From contig JANNXA010000012.1 in NCBI GenBank assembly GCA_031409275.1, forward strand, positions 1-64,000: a DNA stretch of 64,000 bases, given 5' to 3'. Every line of letters begins with the position of its first letter. Positions within the stretch are counted from its first letter, which is position 1. The notes beneath the pieces are model-generated. The model did not search any database. It was given only the letters and a program-made list of their open reading frames with translations, and was not told the origin of the DNA. The stretch is from Planctomycetota bacterium. GTDB lineage: Bacteria; Planctomycetota; B15-G4; SIAN01. Made by a program: the position numbers and the translations under genes. This document shows positions 19,354 through 28,104 of this stretch, one piece after another.

Positions 19354-19476
19354 GACGGTCGAGAGTAGGAGTTTCGACCGGGCGCGGCGAAGCGGCGGAT
19401 CGCGGCAGAGAAGTGGGGCAGCACCGCTGAGGTAGAAGGGGGCGCCACTGTCCCGAGGCGCCGGACGCTTCTGCCC

Positions 19477-19917
19477 ATGGCTGACGTTCCTCGACCGCAA
19501 CCCGATCGTTCGCCACGCGCCGAATCGGCCGCTTTGAACCCACCGAGCGGCGTCCCGCTCCTCGTCGAATTCACCGCCCCGTCGTTCCTGCTGCGCGAGG
19601 TGCATCGGGCATCGTTGCTGCCCGTCGTCGGGAACGGCCCGCCCGGCACCTTCGTGCTATTTCCCGACGCTCTCCGCGTTTCGCTCCCGACCGATCAGGT
19701 CGTCTTCGCCGACGATTCGAGCGGTCGTGCCCGTGTCGGGTTCGGCGGGATGCGCTTCACCGGGACCTTGGACGGGCTGCTCGTGTTCGTTCGTGTGCGC
19801 GAGCTCTTCCCGGAGGATCAGCTCTCGCCGGCGCGCAGCCACACGATGCGGCTCGATCCCGCTTGGGTCTCCGCGCTGATCGTCGACGGTCGCAAGGCCT
19901 GGCCCGCGCGCGTCTAG
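19477..19917 (+). CDS. Hypothetical protein
   Basis: 146-aa ORF with genome-like codon use, filling the gap between pirin and CocE; no family recognised. Confidence 0.55.
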   Translation: MADVPRPQPDRSPRAESAALNPPSGVPLLVEFTAPSFLLREVHRASLLPVVGNGPPGTFVLFPDALRVSLPTDQVVFADDSSGRARVGFGGMRFTGTLDGLLVFVRVRELFPEDQLSPARSHTMRLDPAWVSALIVDGRKAWPARV

Positions 19918-19944
19918 GAACGCGCTCGGACCATCCGAGCGGCG

Positions 19945-21825
19945 TCAGTGGGCGGGCAGCTCCACCACGGGCAGGACGATCTTCGAGAGCCTGCCGTTCT
20001 CGACGATGACGCGGTTCTCTGCGACCGCGGTCTCGGTGGATGTGTAGGGATCGTTCGCGGTGTTGAGGTTGCGGGCGTAGCTCGGGAAGTTGCTCGACGA
20101 CACCTCGATGCGCACGCGATGGCCTTTGAGGAAGACGTTGGCGACCAGCATCGGTGGCGGCGTGATCCGGTAGACCTCGCCTTGCTTCATGAAGACGACC
20201 TTGTCGTCGCCTTCGCGATAGCGCATGCGCTGGATCGTGTCGGAGAGGTTCCACGCCGTCCCGTCGGGAGCGACGTCGACCAGTTTCACGGTGAAGTCGG
20301 TGTCGGGCGCGCTCGAGCCGACGAAGAGCTCGGTCTCGACGTAGCCGAAGACGGCGAGCTCCGCGGCGAGGGGGGCGCTGGTGTAGACGAGCACGTCCTG
20401 TCGCTTCTCGATCGCGCGCTGATCGTAGGCGCCGTCGTTCTGCATCTGGTCGGTGCCGACGCCGCTGATCTCGCCGCCGTGGGCGATCACCGGATGGGCG
20501 GGGTCGTAGGTGAAGGTGTCGACGCTGCCGTTCGCCGGCACCGCTTCGATCAGCGCGCCGTTGCCGTCGAGCGTGTTGGCGTGTCCGCCGGTGAGATGGA
20601 AGGTGCGCGACGGATCGCGGCCCGCCCATGGCACGGCGTCGAACTCGGCCCACCGATTGGCTCCAGCCATGTAGGCGGTGACCGGGCGCGTCGGGATGTC
20701 GGCGGCGTCGTCATCCTTCATCCAGCGATCGAGCCACGCGATGTTGCGGCCAACGAAATCGAAACGGGCATCGCCGAGCGGCCGATCGCCGATCGTCGCC
20801 TCCTTGCCTTGGCCGCCGAAGTCGCAGTGGCGACCGTTGGTGATGACGATCGCCTGGTTGCCCAGCGGATTCTCCTCCCGCGTCTTCTCGAAGAAGGCGA
20901 CGGTGGAGCGTGCTGAGATGTCGTAGAGCGCCTCCGCCCACAGACCCGGGACCTCGATGACGTCAGCGTCGGTGACGCGATCGTCGTCCCAATCGGAATG
21001 CGAAGGGCCGCGCGCGAGGTACTCCTCCAACTCCGTGTCGGGCGCGCCGGCCGCCTTCGCCATCTCGATCATCGGCAGGTGCATGCGCGCGATGTCGTAG
21101 ACGCTCGACTCGATCGCGGCGCCGCCGAAATCGAGGGTCGAAGCCTGGCTCATCGCCTGTCGCTTCGCGTCGTCGAGTTCGGGCGGAAGTTGCGGCCAGG
21201 CGAGCGCCATCTCCGCGAAGAAGTAGTTGGCCCAACCCTGCTGCCAGACGCCGCCGCGCCAGAAGTTCCCCTGCTCCTTGAACGGTCCGACTTCGGCCAC
21301 GCCGACGCCGGCGGAGGAGGCGATCATCGCTCGATGCGCCGGATGGCCGAGTGAGGCGAGCTTCAGTTGGTTCTCCGCGGACGAGGAGCAACCGTAGGTC
21401 GCGACCTTGCCGTTCGACCACTCCTGCTTCACGATCCAATCGAGCGTGTCCCAGCCATCCTCGTCAGCGTGGCCGAGCATCCGCATCTCGCCCTCGGAGA
21501 GGAAGCGGCCGCGCTCGTGCTGTTCGATGATGGCGTAGCCGTTCTTCATGAGGCGGTTGAGGAAGAGCGACTTCCTGCTGACCTCGCTTTTGTAGGGTGT
21601 GCGAATCAGGAGCACCGGGAACTTGCCTTCGGCCGCAGGCAGGTAGACGTCGGTGTTGAGCCGCACGCCGTCGCGCATGTGGACCTGCACTCGATCGAGC
21701 TTTCGGCCGCCGCGCGGCAGTTCGAGGTCGGCCCGATCGTTGGCCGTCGCGATCGTCGCGGTTGCCGGCACCGCGAGAGTCGCGCGCGCGGACGTCATGC
21801 TGCTCAGCATCGACAGGGAAGTCAT
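19945..21825 (-). CDS. CocE/NonD family serine hydrolase
   Basis: MRDGVRLNTDVYLP, IRTPY, WSNGKVATYGCSS, DTDFTVKLVDV, GHRVRIEVSSSNFP. Start approximate. Confidence 0.88.
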   Translation of the reverse strand: MTSLSMLSSMTSARATLAVPATATIATANDRADLELPRGGRKLDRVQVHMRDGVRLNTDVYLPAAEGKFPVLLIRTPYKSEVSRKSLFLNRLMKNGYAIIEQHERGRFLSEGEMRMLGHADEDGWDTLDWIVKQEWSNGKVATYGCSSSAENQLKLASLGHPAHRAMIASSAGVGVAEVGPFKEQGNFWRGGVWQQGWANYFFAEMALAWPQLPPELDDAKRQAMSQASTLDFGGAAIESSVYDIARMHLPMIEMAKAAGAPDTELEEYLARGPSHSDWDDDRVTDADVIEVPGLWAEALYDISARSTVAFFEKTREENPLGNQAIVITNGRHCDFGGQGKEATIGDRPLGDARFDFVGRNIAWLDRWMKDDDAADIPTRPVTAYMAGANRWAEFDAVPWAGRDPSRTFHLTGGHANTLDGNGALIEAVPANGSVDTFTYDPAHPVIAHGGEISGVGTDQMQNDGAYDQRAIEKRQDVLVYTSAPLAAELAVFGYVETELFVGSSAPDTDFTVKLVDVAPDGTAWNLSDTIQRMRYREGDDKVVFMKQGEVYRITPPPMLVANVFLKGHRVRIEVSSSNFPSYARNLNTANDPYTSTETAVAENRVIVENGRLSKIVLPVVELPAH

Positions 21826-21886
21826 GGCGAGGAATTGCAGAGATGCCACGTGGGTTCGTCTCCAGAGGGCGAGCGGAACATCCTGG

Positions 21887-23584
21887 TCACGGCCGGCGTA
21901 CGAGGCGGCCCTCGACGACGCCCAAGCCCGCCTCCTCCAGCGCGGATCGCATCTCCGGCACCGCTTCCCACGGTTCGAGGAGAAGCGCGTCGATCGAGGC
22001 GTTGCGCGCCCTGGCGAGTGCGATGGCATCGAGCGCCATCGCAGTATCGCCGCGGATCGCCGCGATCACGGCACGTCCGAGGTGTGCCTCGGCGCAGCCG
22101 GCGTCGATCGCGAGGGCGAGGTCGAGCTTGCGTTGCGCCGCGCGCAGGGCGGCGCGCGCCTCGCGCTGGAAGTGCGACTCGCCGATCAGGAGGAACGCTT
22201 CGCGTGCGAGCGCGGTCGCCTGAGCGGCGGGCTGGAAGTCGGCGCGGGCGCGGTACTCCTCGATCGAAGGCTCCGCTGCGAAACCCCACTCCGCGGCGGG
22301 CGCGATCCAATCGTGAGAAGCGAGCGTGCGGAGCACGGCCTCGGCAAGAAGCTCGTGGCCACGCTGGCTGGGGTGGACATCGTCCACGAAGAGTTCCCGC
22401 TGGTCGGGAAGCCGCGGTGCCGCCTCGGCATCGAACCGCGGAGCGGGATCGACCAGCATCGCGCCCGTGCGGGCTGCGATGTCCGCGACGATCCTTGCGC
22501 CGCGCGGTGGCTGGCGCCATGGATAGCCGTCGCGGTCGAGCGCTTCCTGCAACGCCGCGCGCGCCGCCGCTCGGGCGCCTTTCAGCAAGAGGAGTCGCCC
22601 GCGCTCCCACGCAAGCAGCGCGACCGAGCCATCGACCCTCGCGAGCGCGTCGAGGCGCGCCAGCAACGCATCGATCGCGCCGGCATCCACCCGCTCCGTG
22701 CGGTCGACCGCGGACTCGAGCCTCCGGCGCTCGGCGCCCACGGCGGCGACCTCGGCGAGGAACAAGTCACGCTCCGCTCGGCTCGTTGACGAGGCGAAGC
22801 ACGAGAGGTGGGGGGAGGAGTCCCATGCGTCGCAGATTGGGCGTATGAGCGCGAGGCTCATTCCCCAGCCGTGTGCGAGCTCGACGATTGCTTCGAGATG
22901 CTGGCGATAGCGCGCGAAACCGCGATCGATGGCTTCGGGCGGGAGCATCGGTTCGTCGTGGACGAGCGTTCGTCGATTGACGAAATCGGCTGCGAGCGAG
23001 CGCGGCGGCTGTCGAGTCGCCTGAAGCAACGCGGCGCCGACGCGCGTCCGCGACAAGGCGCGCAGGAGCGCATGACTCGCGGGACGGAGCACTCGCGGCA
23101 GGTTGACGTCGAGGAACTCGTTGTGGCCGACGTAGACGACGAGCAGTGATGCGCCGGCGCCCCCGCATTCCCTCAGCAGATCGAGCACGTCTTCACTGCA
23201 CATGCCGCTTGCACCGAGGTTCACCACCTCGAACGTGCGCCCAGGCAGGAGACGCGGCAATCGCAACGCCAGCCAATCGGCAAATGGCGTCGGCGGATCG
23301 AACGGGACGCCGTACATCGTCGAGTCGCCAAGCGCCAGCACACGGATCGTGCCGGCCGCCGGCCGCGACGTGAACTCCGGCGTACGCAACTTCGACGACG
23401 TGGTCGGGGCGTGTCCCGACGCCACGAACCGTTCGTTCGCACCGGAACCGACGCGCGCAAGGAAGCGGGCGCGCGGATCGGGGCGCAACGCCAGCAGCAC
23501 TTCCGCAACGCCAAAGAGCGTGGAAAGGAGCAGGAGGGGCGCGGCCAGCGCGAGCAGCAGCCGCTTGGCAGGTCGGCGCATCAT
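21887..23584 (-). CDS. Membrane-anchored SGNH/GDSL hydrolase-fold protein with TPR-like C-terminus
   Basis: N-terminal TM; LGDS, NLGASG, GHNE and DDVHP blocks; start overlaps the stop of the upstream GT gene. Confidence 0.8.
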   Translation of the reverse strand: MMRRPAKRLLLALAAPLLLLSTLFGVAEVLLALRPDPRARFLARVGSGANERFVASGHAPTTSSKLRTPEFTSRPAAGTIRVLALGDSTMYGVPFDPPTPFADWLALRLPRLLPGRTFEVVNLGASGMCSEDVLDLLRECGGAGASLLVVYVGHNEFLDVNLPRVLRPASHALLRALSRTRVGAALLQATRQPPRSLAADFVNRRTLVHDEPMLPPEAIDRGFARYRQHLEAIVELAHGWGMSLALIRPICDAWDSSPHLSCFASSTSRAERDLFLAEVAAVGAERRRLESAVDRTERVDAGAIDALLARLDALARVDGSVALLAWERGRLLLLKGARAAARAALQEALDRDGYPWRQPPRGARIVADIAARTGAMLVDPAPRFDAEAAPRLPDQRELFVDDVHPSQRGHELLAEAVLRTLASHDWIAPAAEWGFAAEPSIEEYRARADFQPAAQATALAREAFLLIGESHFQREARAALRAAQRKLDLALAIDAGCAEAHLGRAVIAAIRGDTAMALDAIALARARNASIDALLLEPWEAVPEMRSALEEAGLGVVEGRLVRRP

Positions 23585-25190
23585 CGCAGCTCGTAGGCGC
23601 TGCCGTCGGGGCGCCGAGACAGGTCGTAGAGGCGCAGCTCCTGCGCGCACCCGGGGAAATGCTGGCGCGTCGCTTCGTAGGCATTCGACTCGAGCCAAGC
23701 GGGTATGCGCTGCCACTTCACGGACGGCGCGTCGATTGGCGGCAAGGTGAGGACGAACCACGGCACGTCGGGTGACAGTCCCGCCACCAGTGCCTCTGGA
23801 GTGGCGGGCAGATCCGCGTCGCCGACGTTCGCGAGCACACGTCGCTCGGCGTAGAACTCGAGGACGCAACTCGAGGACTCAAGTGTCGCCAGCAGCGCTC
23901 GCTTCGGAACCAGATTTCGCACCACGCGACCCACCTCCTCGTACCACGGTGTTGCATCGCGTGCTTGCCACCTCAGCGTTGCGCTGATTCCCTCCCAAGC
24001 CATGGCTGCCAGCAACGCGCTCATGATCCACGCGCCCGTTCGGTGCGCGGCAAGGACGTGGGTCGCCGTTCCGATCAGGAGCGAGACGAGCGGCAACGCG
24101 ACGAGCAGCCAATAGCGGTGCATGAGCACGCCCTGCGCGAACGGCAAGGTGTAGCCCAGTGCCAGGACGAGCAACGTGATCACGGGCGGGACCGCTCGCT
24201 CGAGCCGAAGCGGTGCGAGGGTCGCCGTCGCGCTCCGTCTCGGGAGCACGAGAAGCAGGGCTCCCGCCAGCGCCAGCGCGATGCCGACTGGAGTGAAGTC
24301 GAAGCGGAGGTGGCTCAAGAACCGCGATGCGACCCTTCCCGGCGCGATCGCTGCCCACCAGCTGGCATCCCCGACGCTTCGATTCGCGAACGCCGAGAGA
24401 AGGTCACCTCCGAAGACTGCCCCCGATCGGTGGCGAGTGATCCACCATGTCTGCGCGAACAGAAGCGCGAACGGAAGCGCGGCCGTCGTGGCGATGGCAG
24501 CGACTCTTCGCCATCGTCGCGCAAGGGCGTCCTGCACCGCGATCGTCGCTGCGGCGGGCAGCGCGACCCATGAATAGAGCGCCGCTGCCGCGAGCGCCGC
24601 TGCCGTTCCGGTGACGCGTGGGTGCCTCGGATCGAGTTCGCGCGCGCGCGAGTCGAGCAGCAGCGCAAGCAGCACGAGCGCGATCGCTTGCGGTCCCAGT
24701 TCGCTTCCGTGCGTCGAGAAGTATGCGCCCGCAGGTACCACGGCGGTGGTGAAGGCCGCCGCAAGCCCCGCGCGCCGCGAAAGGGCGCGTGCGACGAAGT
24801 GATAGGTGATGATCACTTGCGCCAATGCTGCGATCACACCCGTCACTTTGGCTGAGAACGCGCAAACCCCCAGCGCTGCGAAGCAGGCTGCCATCGTCCA
24901 TCCGAGGGCGGGAGGATGGTGGAGGTACCAGACCCATTCCGACGGTGGCGCACACTCGGCGTTCACCACTCCGGCGAAGCAAGTCGCGATCGGGCCATAG
25001 CGCAGGTAGTTCCGCGCCTGGTTTCCGTAGAGGGCGCCTAAGTGCTGCCAGCCTTTCCCGAAGGCGCCGACCAGACCACCATGCCGCGCCGCATAGGCCA
25101 GTGCCACGATCGCTGCGAGTGCAACGAAGGTTCGCCTGCGGATCTTCGCTGCATCAGGCGGCCATGCGCCGGGGGGGGGGGCGACATCAT
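23581..25190 (-). CDS. GT-C (ArnT/PMT-like) multi-TM glycosyltransferase; ATG out of frame across a C11 tract
   Basis: YLHHPP motif, many TM helices, HRYW and FYAER motifs. ATG ATG TCG + C11 (25181-25171) is out of frame with the long ORF; C9 or C12 restores the frame. Confidence 0.75.
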
Positions 25191-25280
25191 GGGCAGCGTT
25201 CTAACCGATGAAGCCGAGCGCTTGCTTGTCGCGGATCTCCGGATGGACGCGGGATAGTGACGTCGGCGCGTGGTGTCGCT

Positions 25281-26600
25281 TCAGTCCGGCGCCGTGTAGT
25301 GGCGGATCGCGACGAACTGCCGACGCAGCTCGGCGCGAAAGTCGGGGTGGGCGATCGAGAGGAGCGCTTCGCCGCGCTCGCGCAACGTCATGCCGTGGAG
25401 GTTGACCGCGCCGTACTCGGTCACGACCCAGTGCACGTGGCCGCGCGTCGTGACCACGCCGGCGCCAGGCGAGAGCTCGGACACGATGCGCGACACTCGG
25501 CCACCCGCCGCGGTGGAAGGGAAAGCGAGGATCGGCTTGCCGCCGCGCGAGAGCGCCGCCGCGCGGATGAAGTCCATCTGGCCGCCGATGCCCGAGTAGA
25601 TGCGGTGGCCGATCGAGTCGGCGCAGACCTGGCCGGTGAGGTCGATCTGCAGCGCCGAGTTGATCGCGACGACCTTGTCGTTGCGGCGGATCAGCGCCGT
25701 GTCGTTGGTGCGGTCGCAGCCGTGGAACTCGACCAGCGGGTTGTCGTCGACGAAGTCGTAGAGGCGCTGGCTCCCCGCGACGAAGCTGGTGACGATGCGC
25801 CCAGGATGGACGTGCTTCATGCGGTTGGTGACCGCTCCGGACTCGACCAAAGCCACCAGTCCGTCGGAGAACATCTCGGTGTGGATGCCGAGGTCGCGCT
25901 TCTCGCGCAGGCGCGAAAGCACGGCGTTGGGGATGCCGCCGATGCCCAGTTGCAGCGTCGAGCCATCCTCGACCAGCGCGGCGATCTGCTCGCCGATTCG
26001 CGCCTCGACCGCGGTCTCCGGATCGAGCGGATGCTCGTGCAGCGGGTGATCCGTGGCGGTGAACGCCGCGAGCGACGCGAAGGGAACGAAGGTGTTGCCG
26101 CGAGTCCGCGGCATCTGCGCGTTGATCTCGGCAAGCAGCAGCGGCGCCGTGTTGGCGGCTGCGCGCGCGGCGTCGACGGACGTGCCGAGCGTGCAGAAGC
26201 CATGGCGATCGGGCGGGGAGAGCTGCAGCAGCGCGGCGTCGATGCGAATGCGGCCCGAGAGGATCAGGTAGGGGATGTCGGAGAGGAAGACGGGGATGAA
26301 GTCGGCGCGACCCTCGGCGACCGCTTCGCGTTGCGATGGGCCGACGAAGAACGCGACGGAGCGGATGCGTTGCGCGACGTCGGGCGCAGCCAGCGGCGCC
26401 GGCCCTGCCATGTGCAGGTGATAGACACGCACGTCTTCCAGGTCGCGCCGCGCGGCGAGCGCTTCGAGCAGCGCGGTCGGCGTCGCAGCGGCGCCGTGGA
26501 CGAAGAGATTCATGCCGCTCTTCACCTGCTGGACGACGTCCGCAGCGGAGACGGCGCGATCGATCCATCGAGACGTGGGCGGGTGGGGGGTGGCGGCCAT
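25281..26600 (-). CDS. Acetyl-CoA hydrolase/transferase family (4-hydroxybutyrate CoA-transferase-like)
   Basis: LQLGIGGIP, GIHTEMFSDG, SGIGGQMDF, VVTEYG motifs. Confidence 0.9.
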   Translation of the reverse strand: MAATPHPPTSRWIDRAVSAADVVQQVKSGMNLFVHGAAATPTALLEALAARRDLEDVRVYHLHMAGPAPLAAPDVAQRIRSVAFFVGPSQREAVAEGRADFIPVFLSDIPYLILSGRIRIDAALLQLSPPDRHGFCTLGTSVDAARAAANTAPLLLAEINAQMPRTRGNTFVPFASLAAFTATDHPLHEHPLDPETAVEARIGEQIAALVEDGSTLQLGIGGIPNAVLSRLREKRDLGIHTEMFSDGLVALVESGAVTNRMKHVHPGRIVTSFVAGSQRLYDFVDDNPLVEFHGCDRTNDTALIRRNDKVVAINSALQIDLTGQVCADSIGHRIYSGIGGQMDFIRAAALSRGGKPILAFPSTAAGGRVSRIVSELSPGAGVVTTRGHVHWVVTEYGAVNLHGMTLRERGEALLSIAHPDFRAELRRQFVAIRHYTAPD

Positions 26601-26673
26601 GTCGCTTGCGCGGATCCTCGAGGGAAACGTTCACCATCAGGTCGGGCGAATGCGGACAGTAGCCTCTTGCCGC

Positions 26674-28005
26674 ATGGCTCTTCGCCACCACCTCCGCCTC
26701 GCCGCGCGCATCGTGGCCATCGCGCTGTTGTCCGACGCCGCAACGGTGTCGGCGCAAGGGTTCGATGACTTCGAGCAGGAGCCGATCCGCTACTCGGCCA
26801 GCACGCCGAGCGACGCGGTGCAGCAACTCGAAGCGCGCCTGCGGGCAGGCGAAGTGCAGTTCGAGGGGAGCGATGCGCAGATCGTGCGTGCGTTGCTCGC
26901 CGAGCTCGAAGTGCCCATCGAAAGCCAGCTGCTCGTCTTCTCGAAGACCAGCTTCCAGCGTCCGCTGATCTCGCCGTCGACGCCGCGCGCGCTCTACTTC
27001 TCGGACGACGTCTACGTCGGTTGGGTGCCGGGCGGCATCGTCGAGGTGGCGAGCATCGATGCGCAGCTCGGGCCGATCTTCTACCGCTTCGACCTGCACG
27101 CGCCGCCCGTTGCGGAGGCGCCGCGACTCGTGCGCGACGCCTCGTGCCTCAGTTGCCACGGCGGGCAGTTCGTGCGCGGAATCCCCGGCGTGTTCGTGCG
27201 GTCGATCCATGTCGAACCGACGGGCGAGCCGCTCTACCGCTTCGGCAGCCTCGTCATCGATGAGGCGACGCCCTTCGAAGAGCGCTTCGGCGGCTGGTAC
27301 GTGACCGGCACGCATGGCGTGTCGCTCCATCGCGGCAACACGGTCGCCCACGTCGAGGACGAGCGGCTGATCGTCGACGAAGCGGCGGGTGCGAACGTCA
27401 TCGACCTCGCTGGACGCTTCGAGTCCTCCGACTACCTCGCGCCGGGCAGCGACCTCGTCGCGATGCTGGTCCTGCAGCACCAGCTCGTGGTGCACAACGC
27501 GATCACGCGCGCCGGATTCCAATGCCGTCGCCTGCTGCGCTACCAGGAGGGGCTGCAGCGCGATCTCCACGAGACGGTGACCAGCGAACCAACCTATGAC
27601 AGCGTGGTGGGGGTCTTCGATCGCAGCGCGCAGGAGCTCGTCGACGCGCTCCTCTCCAAAGGCGCCGCGCCGCTGCCCGAAGGCGGCGTCACCGGCGATC
27701 CCGCTTTCCAGCGCGCCTATGCGGCGACGGCGCGGCGCGACGCCGCGGGCGAGTCGCTGCGCGACCTCGATCTCACCACACGCCTCTATCGCAACCGCTT
27801 GAGCCCGCTGATCGACAGCGCTTCCTTCGCCGCGCTTCCTGCGCCGCTGCTCGCTCGCGTCTACGCGCGCCTGGCGCAGGCGTTGCGCCGCGTCGACAGC
27901 GATCCGCGTTACGCCTACCTCGAGTCGCCGGAGCGTGCGCGTCTCGTTGCGATCCTGCGCGAGACACACCGCGGACTTCCCGAAGGATGGCTGGCGAGCG
28001 AGTGA
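26674..28005 (+). CDS. Secreted PVC-type protein with one CxxCH
   Basis: Signal peptide; SQLLVFSKTSFQ...PRALYFSDDVYVGWV; CLSCH; RFGGWYVTG. Start may be 26650. Confidence 0.7.
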   Translation: MALRHHLRLAARIVAIALLSDAATVSAQGFDDFEQEPIRYSASTPSDAVQQLEARLRAGEVQFEGSDAQIVRALLAELEVPIESQLLVFSKTSFQRPLISPSTPRALYFSDDVYVGWVPGGIVEVASIDAQLGPIFYRFDLHAPPVAEAPRLVRDASCLSCHGGQFVRGIPGVFVRSIHVEPTGEPLYRFGSLVIDEATPFEERFGGWYVTGTHGVSLHRGNTVAHVEDERLIVDEAAGANVIDLAGRFESSDYLAPGSDLVAMLVLQHQLVVHNAITRAGFQCRRLLRYQEGLQRDLHETVTSEPTYDSVVGVFDRSAQELVDALLSKGAAPLPEGGVTGDPAFQRAYAATARRDAAGESLRDLDLTTRLYRNRLSPLIDSASFAALPAPLLARVYARLAQALRRVDSDPRYAYLESPERARLVAILRETHRGLPEGWLASE

Positions 28006-28104
28006 TCGGCGGCGCTTCGCGCACGCCTATCGCGATTCCTGCGACACCCCTACGATCGCCGCGGTCGTCTGCCCGCCCTCGTCGGTGATCGAAGGAGTCT
28101 TCCG

